NCBI RefSeq assembly: GCF_003428155.1 | Contig: NZ_QLIR01000031.1 | Location: 1-8,510, forward strand | Length of the DNA stretch: 8,510 nt | Source of the DNA: Fastidiosibacter lacustris | GTDB taxonomy: Bacteria; Pseudomonadota; Gammaproteobacteria; Francisellales; Francisellaceae | Direction: 5' to 3' | Part shown: positions 1 to 6,625 of the stretch, in pieces | Position numbering within the stretch: the stretch's first letter is position 1 | Layout: each line of letters starts with the position of its first letter | The notes under the pieces: generated by a model | What the model saw: the letters and a program-made list of their open reading frames with translations, nothing else | Told to the model about the DNA's origin: nothing | The model's database searches: none | Made by a program: the position numbers and the translations under genes

Positions 1-51
1 ACCCTTATCCAGAGCCCTCTCACCAAACACTCTCAGTGACAACGAGTCGCC

Positions 52-79
52 ATTATACACACACATCAATTCCCCGCAA
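52..79 (-). promoter_or_regulatory. Candidate sigma70 promoter firing leftwards out of the window; target unknown
   Basis: On the minus strand there is a -35 TTGCGG (79..74), a 16-nt spacer and a perfect -10 TATAAT (57..52). A-tract-rich UP-element-like sequence lies upstream (plus-strand T-runs 84-100). A GC-rich GGCG discriminator follows the -10. The site lies in the 3' flank of anmK, in the same direction. Confidence 0.3.
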
Positions 80-130
80 GCGCTTTTTTTAACTTTTTTT
101 TAATTTTGTTTAATCGTGTTTGAAAAACGT

Positions 131-1234
131 TCATTTTACTCGATGAAGCGTCCCTACCAAACAATCTTCACTACCACCTGTTGACAATGAAAAAGGTATT
201 TTTTTACTATTGATGTGACAATATCCAAACCAAGCAAATGCAATGGCTTCTATCCATTGTCCATCTACACCTAAACTGGAAATATCTGTTAAGGATATTT
301 CTGGTAGACATTCTTTTAATAATTCCATTAAATAGTCATTGCCTACACCACCACCACAAACATAGACCTCTTTAGTATCAGGTTGCACATTTAAAACTGC
401 ATCTGCAATTGTTTTAGCACTAAGTACATGTAGCGTTGCTTGAACATCTTGCGCTTCTTCATTCCCTGTTAAGTACTGTTTCAACCAAGATAAATTAAAA
501 TATTCCAAACCCGTACTTTTGGGTGTTTGTTTAGAAAAATACGGATCAGCTAACATTCTATTGAGTAGATCTGATAACACCTGTCCACCTTTTCCCCACT
601 CTCCATTATGATCATAAGCTTTTCCTTTGTGTTGATATATCCAATGATCTATCAAAGTGTTGGCTGGTCCTGTGTCAAATCCAATCAGTGTTTTTTGAGA
701 ATGTAAACAACTAATATTAGCAATACCACCCAAGTTTAAAATCACTCTATTTATCATTGAATGACTAAAAAAAGTTTGGTGAAAAACTGGTACTAAAGGT
801 GCGCCTTGCCCACCAAAAATCATATCTTTGTTACGAAAGTCATTCACAATAACAAGATTCGTTTTTGCAGCAATGACATTACCATTTCCTAATTGAATAC
901 TGAATCTAGGGACCTTGTGTGGATGGTGGTAAACCGTCTGTCCATGACAGCCAACAGCTTTAATTTGAGCCTTTTCAATTTTATAACGATTTAATAACTC
1001 ATTAATACAGTTTGCATATATAAGCCCCAACTCATAATCTAAACTACCAAATTCATGTAATGATAAATGATAATTATTTTGATAAATCTGCCTAATTGCT
1101 GATTTAATTTCACTTGGATAGGAAAAGCTATGTGCCGCTATTAACTTAAATACTGAAGACTCAAATTGAACAACCACACAATCAATTGCATCCATACTTG
1201 TACCAGACATCACACCAACATAATAAGCTAACAT
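131..1234 (-). CDS. anmK: Anhydro-N-acetylmuramic acid kinase (AnmK)
   Basis: 367-aa ORF collinear with E. coli AnmK (369 aa). The N-terminal GVMSGTSMDAIDCVVV matches GVMSGTSLDGVDVV. GCHGQT, GGQGAPLVP, NLGGIAN, DTGPAN, PKSTG, VCGGG and EAIAFAW follow in the same order. An SD-like AAAGG lies 8 nt upstream of the ATG. The start sits 1 nt after the upstream stop (TGA-T-ATG). Confidence 0.9.
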   Translation of the reverse strand: MLAYYVGVMSGTSMDAIDCVVVQFESSVFKLIAAHSFSYPSEIKSAIRQIYQNNYHLSLHEFGSLDYELGLIYANCINELLNRYKIEKAQIKAVGCHGQTVYHHPHKVPRFSIQLGNGNVIAAKTNLVIVNDFRNKDMIFGGQGAPLVPVFHQTFFSHSMINRVILNLGGIANISCLHSQKTLIGFDTGPANTLIDHWIYQHKGKAYDHNGEWGKGGQVLSDLLNRMLADPYFSKQTPKSTGLEYFNLSWLKQYLTGNEEAQDVQATLHVLSAKTIADAVLNVQPDTKEVYVCGGGVGNDYLMELLKECLPEISLTDISSLGVDGQWIEAIAFAWFGYCHINSKKIPFSLSTGGSEDCLVGTLHRVK

Positions 1235-1235
1235 A

Positions 1236-1676
1236 TCAAATACCTTTTAGCTTATTTTTTACGCAGTTGATTAATGGTAATGCAAACATTCCAATAAAAA
1301 ATATAAGCGCAATAAAAAACAACAGTTGCAACCACCACGGAAAATTGAGCATAATTTGCCAGGCGTGATTTAATTGTTCCCCTACACTACTAAAGCTTTT
1401 TTTTTCTTCAGGCATAAATCTAGCTGATATCATTGATATCGAAACCAAATAAAATAAAGTAATAATATAAAGCAATCCATATAGTTTATATCGCCGTATT
1501 TTCATATGTTTCAACGTCAAAAAATTATTGACTTCTTGTTCATTATTACTAGATGTTGTTGAAATAAGTGTTTTAATCCAAAAAAATGCTAACACAATAG
1601 CATAAATAGCAAAAATAACCATATCCTTACCAATCTGAACTAACTTGTTTAATAAAATTCTCCACTTTTTGCTCAT
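1236..1676 (-). CDS. Hypothetical small integral membrane protein (about 3 predicted TM segments); no family recognised
   Basis: 146-aa ORF with three hydrophobic stretches: VIFAIYAIVLAFFWIKTLI, LYGLLYIITLFYLVSISMISA and WWLQLLFFIALIFFIGMFALPLI. It is packed between the Dsb-like gene and anmK. The start is ambiguous. The ATG at 1676 overlaps the upstream gene by 50 nt and has no SD. The ATG at 1622 (M19) lies just past the upstream TAA but only 1 nt after an AAGGA. Confidence 0.5.
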   Translation of the reverse strand: MSKKWRILLNKLVQIGKDMVIFAIYAIVLAFFWIKTLISTTSSNNEQEVNNFLTLKHMKIRRYKLYGLLYIITLFYLVSISMISARFMPEEKKSFSSVGEQLNHAWQIMLNFPWWLQLLFFIALIFFIGMFALPLINCVKNKLKGI

Positions 1677-2274
1677 TTTGCGCTAATGCGCTACTTTTTG
1701 CCTCTAATGGCAGCAATGCTCCACCGCTAATTCTAGCGTACCCTAAATCATTTTTATAAACGATTACAGGAACTGAATTGATAAGCCCTTTTAACACTCT
1801 CATATTATGATTGAACTGTTCAATTTGCATATCATTTGGATCAGCTACAGGCTTAATTCCGCCTTCTTCTTTGCTATAGTCAAATTGGTTTTCATTTTCT
1901 TTAAGCGCATCTATTGGTGATTTAGCACTTAAAATAGCCATAGTCTTGGTTGGGCTAGAAGGTTTAATGATACCAATAGGTACCCATCGAATGGCAAGCA
2001 TATCATTTTGAATAAACTTCTGTGAAGCTTCAAAAAAAGCATGACAGAATTTACAGTTTGGATCAAAAATTACATATACCTTATGTTTAGCAATTGTATT
2101 TCCTTGCGCAATGTAATTTGAATTACCTACTGCTTGATACAAACTTTCTGTGTGTATGTCTTGATGCTCAAAGGAATAAGTATTTTTTACATTAGGTTTG
2201 AGTGCAAACAAGTAATATGCACCCCAGAAAATTACAATTAACGTAATAACTAATATTACCAGGCGTTTTAGCAT
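1627..2274 (-). CDS. Thioredoxin-fold thiol:disulfide interchange protein, DsbC/DsbG-like catalytic domain with an N-terminal membrane anchor or signal
   Basis: 215-aa ORF with a hydrophobic N-terminus (LVILVITLIVIFWGAYYLFAL). It has a CXXC motif in DsbC/G context (VYVIFDPNCKFCHAFF versus E. coli DsbG ITVFADPFCPYCKQFW) and a cis-Pro loop candidate (NSVPVIVY versus DsbG VTPAIYY). Only about 45 residues separate the anchor from the CXXC, so the DsbC/G dimerisation domain looks absent or reduced. Confidence 0.7.
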   Translation of the reverse strand: MLKRLVILVITLIVIFWGAYYLFALKPNVKNTYSFEHQDIHTESLYQAVGNSNYIAQGNTIAKHKVYVIFDPNCKFCHAFFEASQKFIQNDMLAIRWVPIGIIKPSSPTKTMAILSAKSPIDALKENENQFDYSKEEGGIKPVADPNDMQIEQFNHNMRVLKGLINSVPVIVYKNDLGYARISGGALLPLEAKSSALAQNEQKVENFIKQVSSDW

Positions 2275-2355
2275 GACGTATCCAACTGTTTTATATCTAA
2301 GTAAAGTAATAAAATCCTAGAAAATTTATAATTTTTTACCAGTTATTTTATAAAA

Positions 2356-3465
2356 TTATAATTTGATCGGACTAACAACATATGTACTGCAACTATTGCT
2401 ATCTTTTATTAAAACGCTCATCGCTGGATTTTCGAAGTAAAAATTGATATCTTCAATATCCAAAACATTAACAATATCAAGCAAATAATTGACATTAAAA
2501 CCAATTTCCATTGGCTTATCTTCATATTTAACTTCAAGTTGATCTTGAGCTTCTTCATGCTCTGGATTATTTGCAGACAATAATAATTCATTTTGCTTAA
2601 GCTCTAAACGCACACCACGATATGTTTCATTGGACAAAATTGCTGTACGAATAAGTGCTTGTTTTAACTGTGTTCTATTAGCAATCAAGACCTTAGTATT
2701 ATTCGGTGGAATAACTCGTGTATAATCTGGAAACCGCCCTTCGATCAGCTTTGAAGTATATTGAATATCTGCCAATATTACTCTGAAATAGTTCTTACCA
2801 ATCTGAATTTCGACTTCAGCATCTTCTGGTGCAGAAAGTGTTCTTTGCATTTCAAGTATTGCCTTTCTGGGGACAATCATTTGAACACCTTCAAGGTAAG
2901 TATTTTCAATTATGGCTTCAGAGCTAGCCATTCTATGTCCATCTGTTGAAACCGTCCTAAAATTATCACCATTAACTTCCCACAACATACCGTTTAAAAA
3001 ATAACGCACATCATTGTTCGCCATGGCAAATTGTACTCGTTTAATCGTTGTCATTAATTGCTCAAATGATATTTTAAACATCGCTCGACCAGTATCTTCA
3101 TTCATAGTAGGGAAGGTCTCTGCACCTAAAGTAGATAAACTAAATCGGCTACGATTACAACAAATAAGTACACGATTATTTGTTTCTTGAATAATTTCTA
3201 TTTCTGCACCGTCTGGTAGGTTACGAATAATCTCATTTAACTTTTTTGCAGGAATAGCTATTTGCCCATCTTCAAACGACTGATTTAAAGTAACATGACT
3301 AATGATTTCTGTCTCCAAATCAGATGCTTTTAAAAGCAACTTACCACCTTCTATTTTAAATAAAACACTACTTAAAATAGGCATTGTATGCTTTTTGTCT
3401 GCAACAGATACCAATGCTTGCAATGGTTTTAATATTGCATCTCGAGAAAGTATGAATTTCATCAT
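2356..3465 (-). CDS. dnaN: DNA polymerase III beta sliding clamp
   Basis: 369-aa ORF collinear with E. coli DnaN (366 aa). Shared motifs include MKF...LKPLQ, RSRFSLSTL, DVRYFLNGML, TDGHR, VPRK, SKLIEGRFPDY, AILSNE..RGVRL, ANNPEHEEA and EIGFNVNYLLD, ending V.P.KL. An SD AGGGG lies 8 nt upstream. The start is 33 nt downstream of the dnaA stop. Confidence 0.95.
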   Translation of the reverse strand: MMKFILSRDAILKPLQALVSVADKKHTMPILSSVLFKIEGGKLLLKASDLETEIISHVTLNQSFEDGQIAIPAKKLNEIIRNLPDGAEIEIIQETNNRVLICCNRSRFSLSTLGAETFPTMNEDTGRAMFKISFEQLMTTIKRVQFAMANNDVRYFLNGMLWEVNGDNFRTVSTDGHRMASSEAIIENTYLEGVQMIVPRKAILEMQRTLSAPEDAEVEIQIGKNYFRVILADIQYTSKLIEGRFPDYTRVIPPNNTKVLIANRTQLKQALIRTAILSNETYRGVRLELKQNELLLSANNPEHEEAQDQLEVKYEDKPMEIGFNVNYLLDIVNVLDIEDINFYFENPAMSVLIKDSNSCSTYVVSPIKL

Positions 3466-3498
3466 AAGTAAATACCCCTAAAATAAAACTTAAAATAA

Positions 3499-5010
3499 TT
3501 AATGAGCTAACTTGCGTGATAAATTTTGATAATCGTCTTGTAAATCAACGTTGTTTAATAGCAGTTTTTGTATTGTTCTGACTGCGTGTAAAACCGTTGT
3601 ATGGTCTCTTCCACCAAAAAAGCTACCAATTTCAGGTAAACTATGATTAGTGAACTCTTTTGCTAATGCCATCGCCACTTGTCTTGGTCTTGCAACGTCT
3701 CGACTCTTCTGCTTTGAAAGTAAATCTGTGATTTTAATATTATAATAATCAGCGACAACTCTTTGGATATTATCAACTTTTACAATTTTTTCTTGAATAG
3801 AAATCACATCTTTCAAACATTCATAAGCAAGCTTTTCATCAATTGCTTTTTTATTGAACTGTGCATAATTAAGTACTCTTCTTAACGCACCTTCCAATTC
3901 TCTCACGTTTGATCGAATGTGTTTTGCCATAAAAAGTGCTACATTTTGATCAATAGGACGACCAAATTGGCTTGATTTGTGCAATAATATTGCACTTCGT
4001 GTTTCTAAATCAGGAATATCAATTGTCACGGTTAAACCATAACCAAATCGCGAAACAAGCCTTTCTTCTAACTTAGGGATTTCCTTCGGATATTTATCAC
4101 AAGATAAAACCACCTGCTTACCATTTTCTAATAGAGTATTAAAAGTATGAAAAAACTCTTCTTGAGATCCTGCCTTGCCAGCAATAAATTGAATATCATC
4201 TACGAGTAAAACATCAACTGAACGATAAAAATTTTGAAACTCATCACCCGAATGTAAACGTACTGCATCAACATAATCTTTGACAAAACGCTCAGAAGTA
4301 ACGTATAACACTTTTGCAGTGGGGTTGTTATGTAATACATAATTACCAATTGCATGCATTAAATGCGTTTTGCCAAGCCCACTCCCACCATAAATAAACA
4401 AAGGATTATAAGCAAGCCCAGGGTTAATCGAAACTTGCATTGCAGCAGCGCGTGCAACTTCATTAGCCTTACCAACGACAAAATTATCAAAATTATATTC
4501 TTTTTTTAAAGGAGAACCAAAATCAACTCTTCGTTGTTCCTTTGGCAAGGCTAAAGCTTCATCAAAACCATAAAGCTCACTCGAGATACCTGAAATTTTA
4601 TCTTTATCAACAACTAACTTTTCTTTGCTATCTTCTATAAACTCAACTTTTTCAACAGGTGCAGGAGAAGCACTTTTTGTAAAAAGATCGGTTTGAGGTC
4701 CTACACTGCTTTTAAAAGGTTCAAAAAGATTATGCTTAGTTGTGGATAAAGATTCATCATGTGATGAGCGTTTTTCTGTTTCAACTGAAAAATCAACTAT
4801 TAAAAGCTCATTTTTTTTGTGTTTTTTCAACGCATCTACAATCAAAATTTGATATTTTGTCTTTATCCAACCTAAAAAGTAGTTATTTGGCGCATAAACT
4901 GTGAATAAATTACCTTGATCGTTTACTTTTAAAGGCATGATCCAAATTCTGAATTCTTGTTCAGATAAACTGTTTTTTAAATAATCTAAACACTCTTGCC
5001 AAATACTCAT
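3499..5010 (-). CDS. dnaA: Chromosomal replication initiator protein DnaA
   Basis: Walker A GGSGLGKTHL, Walker B LLVDDIQF, VSRFGYGL and RELEGAL are present, with the C-terminal DNA-binding signature GGRDHTTVLHA. The N-terminus MSIWQECLDYL..FRIWIMPL aligns with E. coli MSLSLWQQCLARL..FSMWIRPL from the ATG at 5010. The ORF-track start is a GTG at 5058, adding 16 residues with no homology or SD, so I prefer 5010. Confidence 0.93.
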   Translation of the reverse strand: MSIWQECLDYLKNSLSEQEFRIWIMPLKVNDQGNLFTVYAPNNYFLGWIKTKYQILIVDALKKHKKNELLIVDFSVETEKRSSHDESLSTTKHNLFEPFKSSVGPQTDLFTKSASPAPVEKVEFIEDSKEKLVVDKDKISGISSELYGFDEALALPKEQRRVDFGSPLKKEYNFDNFVVGKANEVARAAAMQVSINPGLAYNPLFIYGGSGLGKTHLMHAIGNYVLHNNPTAKVLYVTSERFVKDYVDAVRLHSGDEFQNFYRSVDVLLVDDIQFIAGKAGSQEEFFHTFNTLLENGKQVVLSCDKYPKEIPKLEERLVSRFGYGLTVTIDIPDLETRSAILLHKSSQFGRPIDQNVALFMAKHIRSNVRELEGALRRVLNYAQFNKKAIDEKLAYECLKDVISIQEKIVKVDNIQRVVADYYNIKITDLLSKQKSRDVARPRQVAMALAKEFTNHSLPEIGSFFGGRDHTTVLHAVRTIQKLLLNNVDLQDDYQNLSRKLAH

Positions 5011-5102
5011 ATCCAACGCTTTTTCCTTTAAAATCAAGGTTTTTGGGTGATTTTTCACTCATGCCCAAAAAAAATCATTTAGAATTTAACTTTAGTTTTG
5101 GG

Positions 5103-5130
5103 ATTATATCAAAGCGCTAACAACATGCAA
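5103..5130 (-). promoter_or_regulatory. Candidate dnaA promoter (extended -10)
   Basis: On the minus strand there is a -35 TTGCAT (5130..5125), a 16-nt spacer and an extended -10 TGATATAAT (5111..5103). A perfect DnaA box at 5148-5156 lies about 18 bp upstream of the -35, as expected for DnaA autoregulation. Confidence 0.4.
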
Positions 5131-5147
5131 TCGTTCACGTAAATACC

Positions 5148-5156
5148 TGTGGATAA
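5148..5156 (-). promoter_or_regulatory. Perfect DnaA box (TGTGGATAA on the plus strand)
   Basis: Exact 9/9 match to the reverse complement of TTATCCACA. An 8/9 box follows 3 bp away (5160-5168). Confidence 0.7.
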
Positions 5157-5365
5157 CTTTGTTGATAACAATGTGAGTTTTTTGTTAATTACGGTGTGGA
5201 TGTCTTTGTATATAACCTTGTTTATATCCCTTTGGATAAAATTGTGGAAAAAAACATAGAGTTAAAAAAATAAAGTTATCAACATAAAACAACAAGGATC
5301 TTAACAACTTTATTCACAAAGTTACACACAACTTAAAAACCGTCAAATAAAGGGTTTTTAATTAT

Positions 5366-5384
5366 TTATCCACAAATATCCACA
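5366..5384 (+). promoter_or_regulatory. Tandem same-orientation DnaA-box pair (TTATCCACA a ATATCCACA)
   Basis: A perfect box at 5366-5374 and an 8/9 box at 5376-5384 start 10 bp apart. They directly abut the AT-rich tract. Confidence 0.7.
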
Positions 5385-5456
5385 ATCTAATAACAGAAAA
5401 AACAAAATATAAAAATCACTTTAAAAAGAATAGAAAGAATAAATAAAAGTAAAAAA
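5385..5456. other. AT-rich, A-skewed tract; candidate DNA unwinding element
   Basis: By hand count the 72 nt contain 10 G/C (about 86% A+T), with 49 A versus 13 T on the plus strand. DnaA boxes flank it on both sides (5376-5384 and 5457-5465). Confidence 0.45.
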
Positions 5457-5651
5457 TGAGGATAACAAATAAAAAACCTTTAAGGGTAAAAAAATAAAAA
5501 TTACGATGTATAATGTTTCCACATGAAAACATAAAGGATAAAACAGCCTGTGGAAATTTATCAAAAAACTAAATGGTCCTATCTTTATATTTTTAGGTTA
5601 AACCCATTAAACATCAAATACCTTAAGCAGTTAATAATGGAAATTTTTCAC

Positions 5652-5681
5652 TTGCTAATTAGAATAAAAAAATGAATAATA
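5652..5681 (+). promoter_or_regulatory. Candidate ffs promoter
   Basis: A -35 TTGCTA (5652-5657) is followed by a 17-nt spacer and a -10 AATAAT (5675-5680). An alternative reading is an extended -10, TG(5673-5674)-a-ATAATA. Either places the start near 5687, at the base of the SRP RNA terminal helix. Confidence 0.45.
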
Positions 5682-5684
5682 ATC

Positions 5685-5790
5685 CCGCTGGTTTGGTCCT
5701 CTTGCGACGCTAGTTTGTGAACCCCGTCAGATCCGGAAGGAAGCAGCGGTAACAAATGATGTGTGTGCCGAGATGTAGGCTAAACCAGTA
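5685..5790 (+). ncRNA. ffs: Signal recognition particle RNA (4.5S RNA, small bacterial SRP type)
   Basis: Collinear with E. coli 4.5S RNA. GTCAGATCCGGAAGGAAGCAGC matches GUCAGGUCCGGAAGGAAGCAGC and includes the domain IV GGAA tetraloop (5735-5738). GTGTGCCGAGATGTAG matches GUGUGCCGGGAUGUAG. The terminal helix pairs CTGGTTTGG (5688-5696) with CTAAACCAG (5780-5788). It forms a local GC-rich island in AT-rich DNA. The ends are approximate, within about 5 nt. Confidence 0.9.
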
Positions 5791-5792
5791 TT

Positions 5793-6554
5793 TTAGTTGT
5801 ACTGATATAAATTATTACAATCCATAGTTGCAAGCAATCTATTCTCATACTCGTTATTTTTTAATTCAGAATAGTGAACAAGTGTTTTAACCAAATATTT
5901 ACCTGTCAAATCTTTGCCTTGCGCGGTTAATTGAGCACGTAATTTTCTAAATTCTTCAAATTTACTCCCTGTATTTAATAAATTAAAGTATGATTGAACG
6001 CTACCAAGCGGAGAATCGAAGGTTTGTACTTCATTAATTGCACCAGTTGCTCTTTGTTTTGGCACAATACCACAGCCTTGCGTAAAACAATGTTGTCCAA
6101 AATAATTATTACCCTCAACGGAAAAACGAGAAGTCCCCCATCCTGTTTCCAAAGCAGATTGAGCTAATACCATGCTTATTGGAATCGTATTGACTTTAGT
6201 TAATAAGTCATTCACTACTTGTAATAAATTACTTTGATTAAAGTCAACTTTATATTGCTGGCATAAATCAGTTATAAACTTTGTTTCTGGCTTAGAGAGT
6301 GATTGGTTTTGATTTAATTTTATTTGGATCTTTTCAAGTGATTTTCGTTGATTGAGTACAGTCTTTTGTACTTGGTAAATAAAGGGCAACATGTAGTCAA
6401 TAAACGATTGTTTACGTACTTTTATATCAGTAATATGTTGAAAATTAGGTTTTTCTATTTCTTTAGTTTGTTTAGTGCAATTTGTTACAAAGAAGCTAAT
6501 GCTTATTAATAAAGAAGCAAAAAGGAATGACTGTATTATTCTTTTTAATATCAT
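5793..6554 (-). CDS. bax: Bax-family protein with a FlgJ-type N-acetylglucosaminidase domain; secreted or membrane-tethered
   Basis: 253-aa ORF collinear with E. coli Bax as I remember it. KQSFIDYMLPFIYQ matches KKAFLRTVMPYITS, NTIPISMVLAQSALETGWGTSRF..NNYFG matches DIIPTSMVATMAAAESGWGTSKL..NNLFG, and FRKLRAQL matches FRKSRAQL. The catalytic-type Glu in ALETGWG is present. The N-terminal signal ends FFVTNC, which is lipobox-like but non-canonical (N at -1). An SD AAGGT lies about 9 nt upstream. Confidence 0.8.
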   Translation of the reverse strand: MILKRIIQSFLFASLLISISFFVTNCTKQTKEIEKPNFQHITDIKVRKQSFIDYMLPFIYQVQKTVLNQRKSLEKIQIKLNQNQSLSKPETKFITDLCQQYKVDFNQSNLLQVVNDLLTKVNTIPISMVLAQSALETGWGTSRFSVEGNNYFGQHCFTQGCGIVPKQRATGAINEVQTFDSPLGSVQSYFNLLNTGSKFEEFRKLRAQLTAQGKDLTGKYLVKTLVHYSELKNNEYENRLLATMDCNNLYQYN

Positions 6555-6625
6555 AAGTGTTTTACCTTAATTTTATTTTGTTGAAAAGCTATAAATACCC
6601 CAACTAAACGTCCATAGCTAGATAC

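Larger units (their letters stand above)
5148..5557. other. Candidate chromosomal replication origin (oriC): DnaA-box cluster plus AT-rich unwinding region
   Basis: Matches to TTATCCACA were counted by hand. TGTGGATAA-orientation boxes: 5148-5156 (9/9), 5160-5168 (8/9), 5195-5203 (7/9), 5231-5239 (8/9), 5243-5251 (8/9), 5457-5465 (8/9) and 5549-5557 (7/9). TTATCCACA-orientation boxes: 5276-5284 (8/9), 5310-5318 (8/9), 5366-5374 (9/9), 5376-5384 (8/9) and 5515-5523 (8/9). The region is non-coding and immediately upstream of dnaA. The flanking genes dnaA/dnaN (-) and ffs (+) point away from it. Confidence 0.7.

Noticed and set aside
1-50. Resemblance to a TPP riboswitch on the minus strand (CUGAGA ... 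18 nt ... CUGGAUAA)
   Set aside because: The other obligatory THI-box elements are absent: GGGGUGC upstream of CUGAGA, the ACCC pairing partner, and ACCUGAUCUGGAUAAUGCCAGCG. The similarity is limited to two short words.
80-90. The 11-mer GCGCTTTTTTT occurs twice (80-90 and 6799-6809); possible shared terminator or repeat family
   Set aside because: Neither copy has a preceding complementary stem. The flanks share no further similarity, and repeated 11-mers dominated by a T-run are expected in AT-rich DNA of this length.
1186-1368. 60-aa plus-strand ORF from the supplied track
   Set aside because: It lies entirely antisense to the anmK start and the membrane-protein gene. It has low-complexity AT-driven composition, no SD and no recognisable family. 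The opposite-strand genes have strong homology or operon context.
2761-2949. 62-aa plus-strand ORF from the supplied track
   Set aside because: It is antisense inside dnaN, whose identity is unambiguous. It has no SD and no motifs, and is typical of a spurious shadow ORF in AT-rich DNA.
5011-5058. GTG-initiated 16-residue N-terminal extension of DnaA (VKNHPKTLILKEKALD)
   Set aside because: The DnaA domain I alignment begins exactly at the ATG at 5010 (MSIWQECL...). The extension has no counterpart in DnaA proteins I know and no SD, and it would fall within the predicted leader. Only experiment can exclude it.
5333-5361. 9-bp inverted repeat TTAAAAACC/GGTTTTTAA with an 11-nt loop inside the origin region; terminator-like
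   Set aside because: The stem is almost entirely A/T with only two G-C pairs, and the T-run is part of the stem rather than following it. This is likely a chance feature of AT-rich DNA. It is subsumed in the oriC description.
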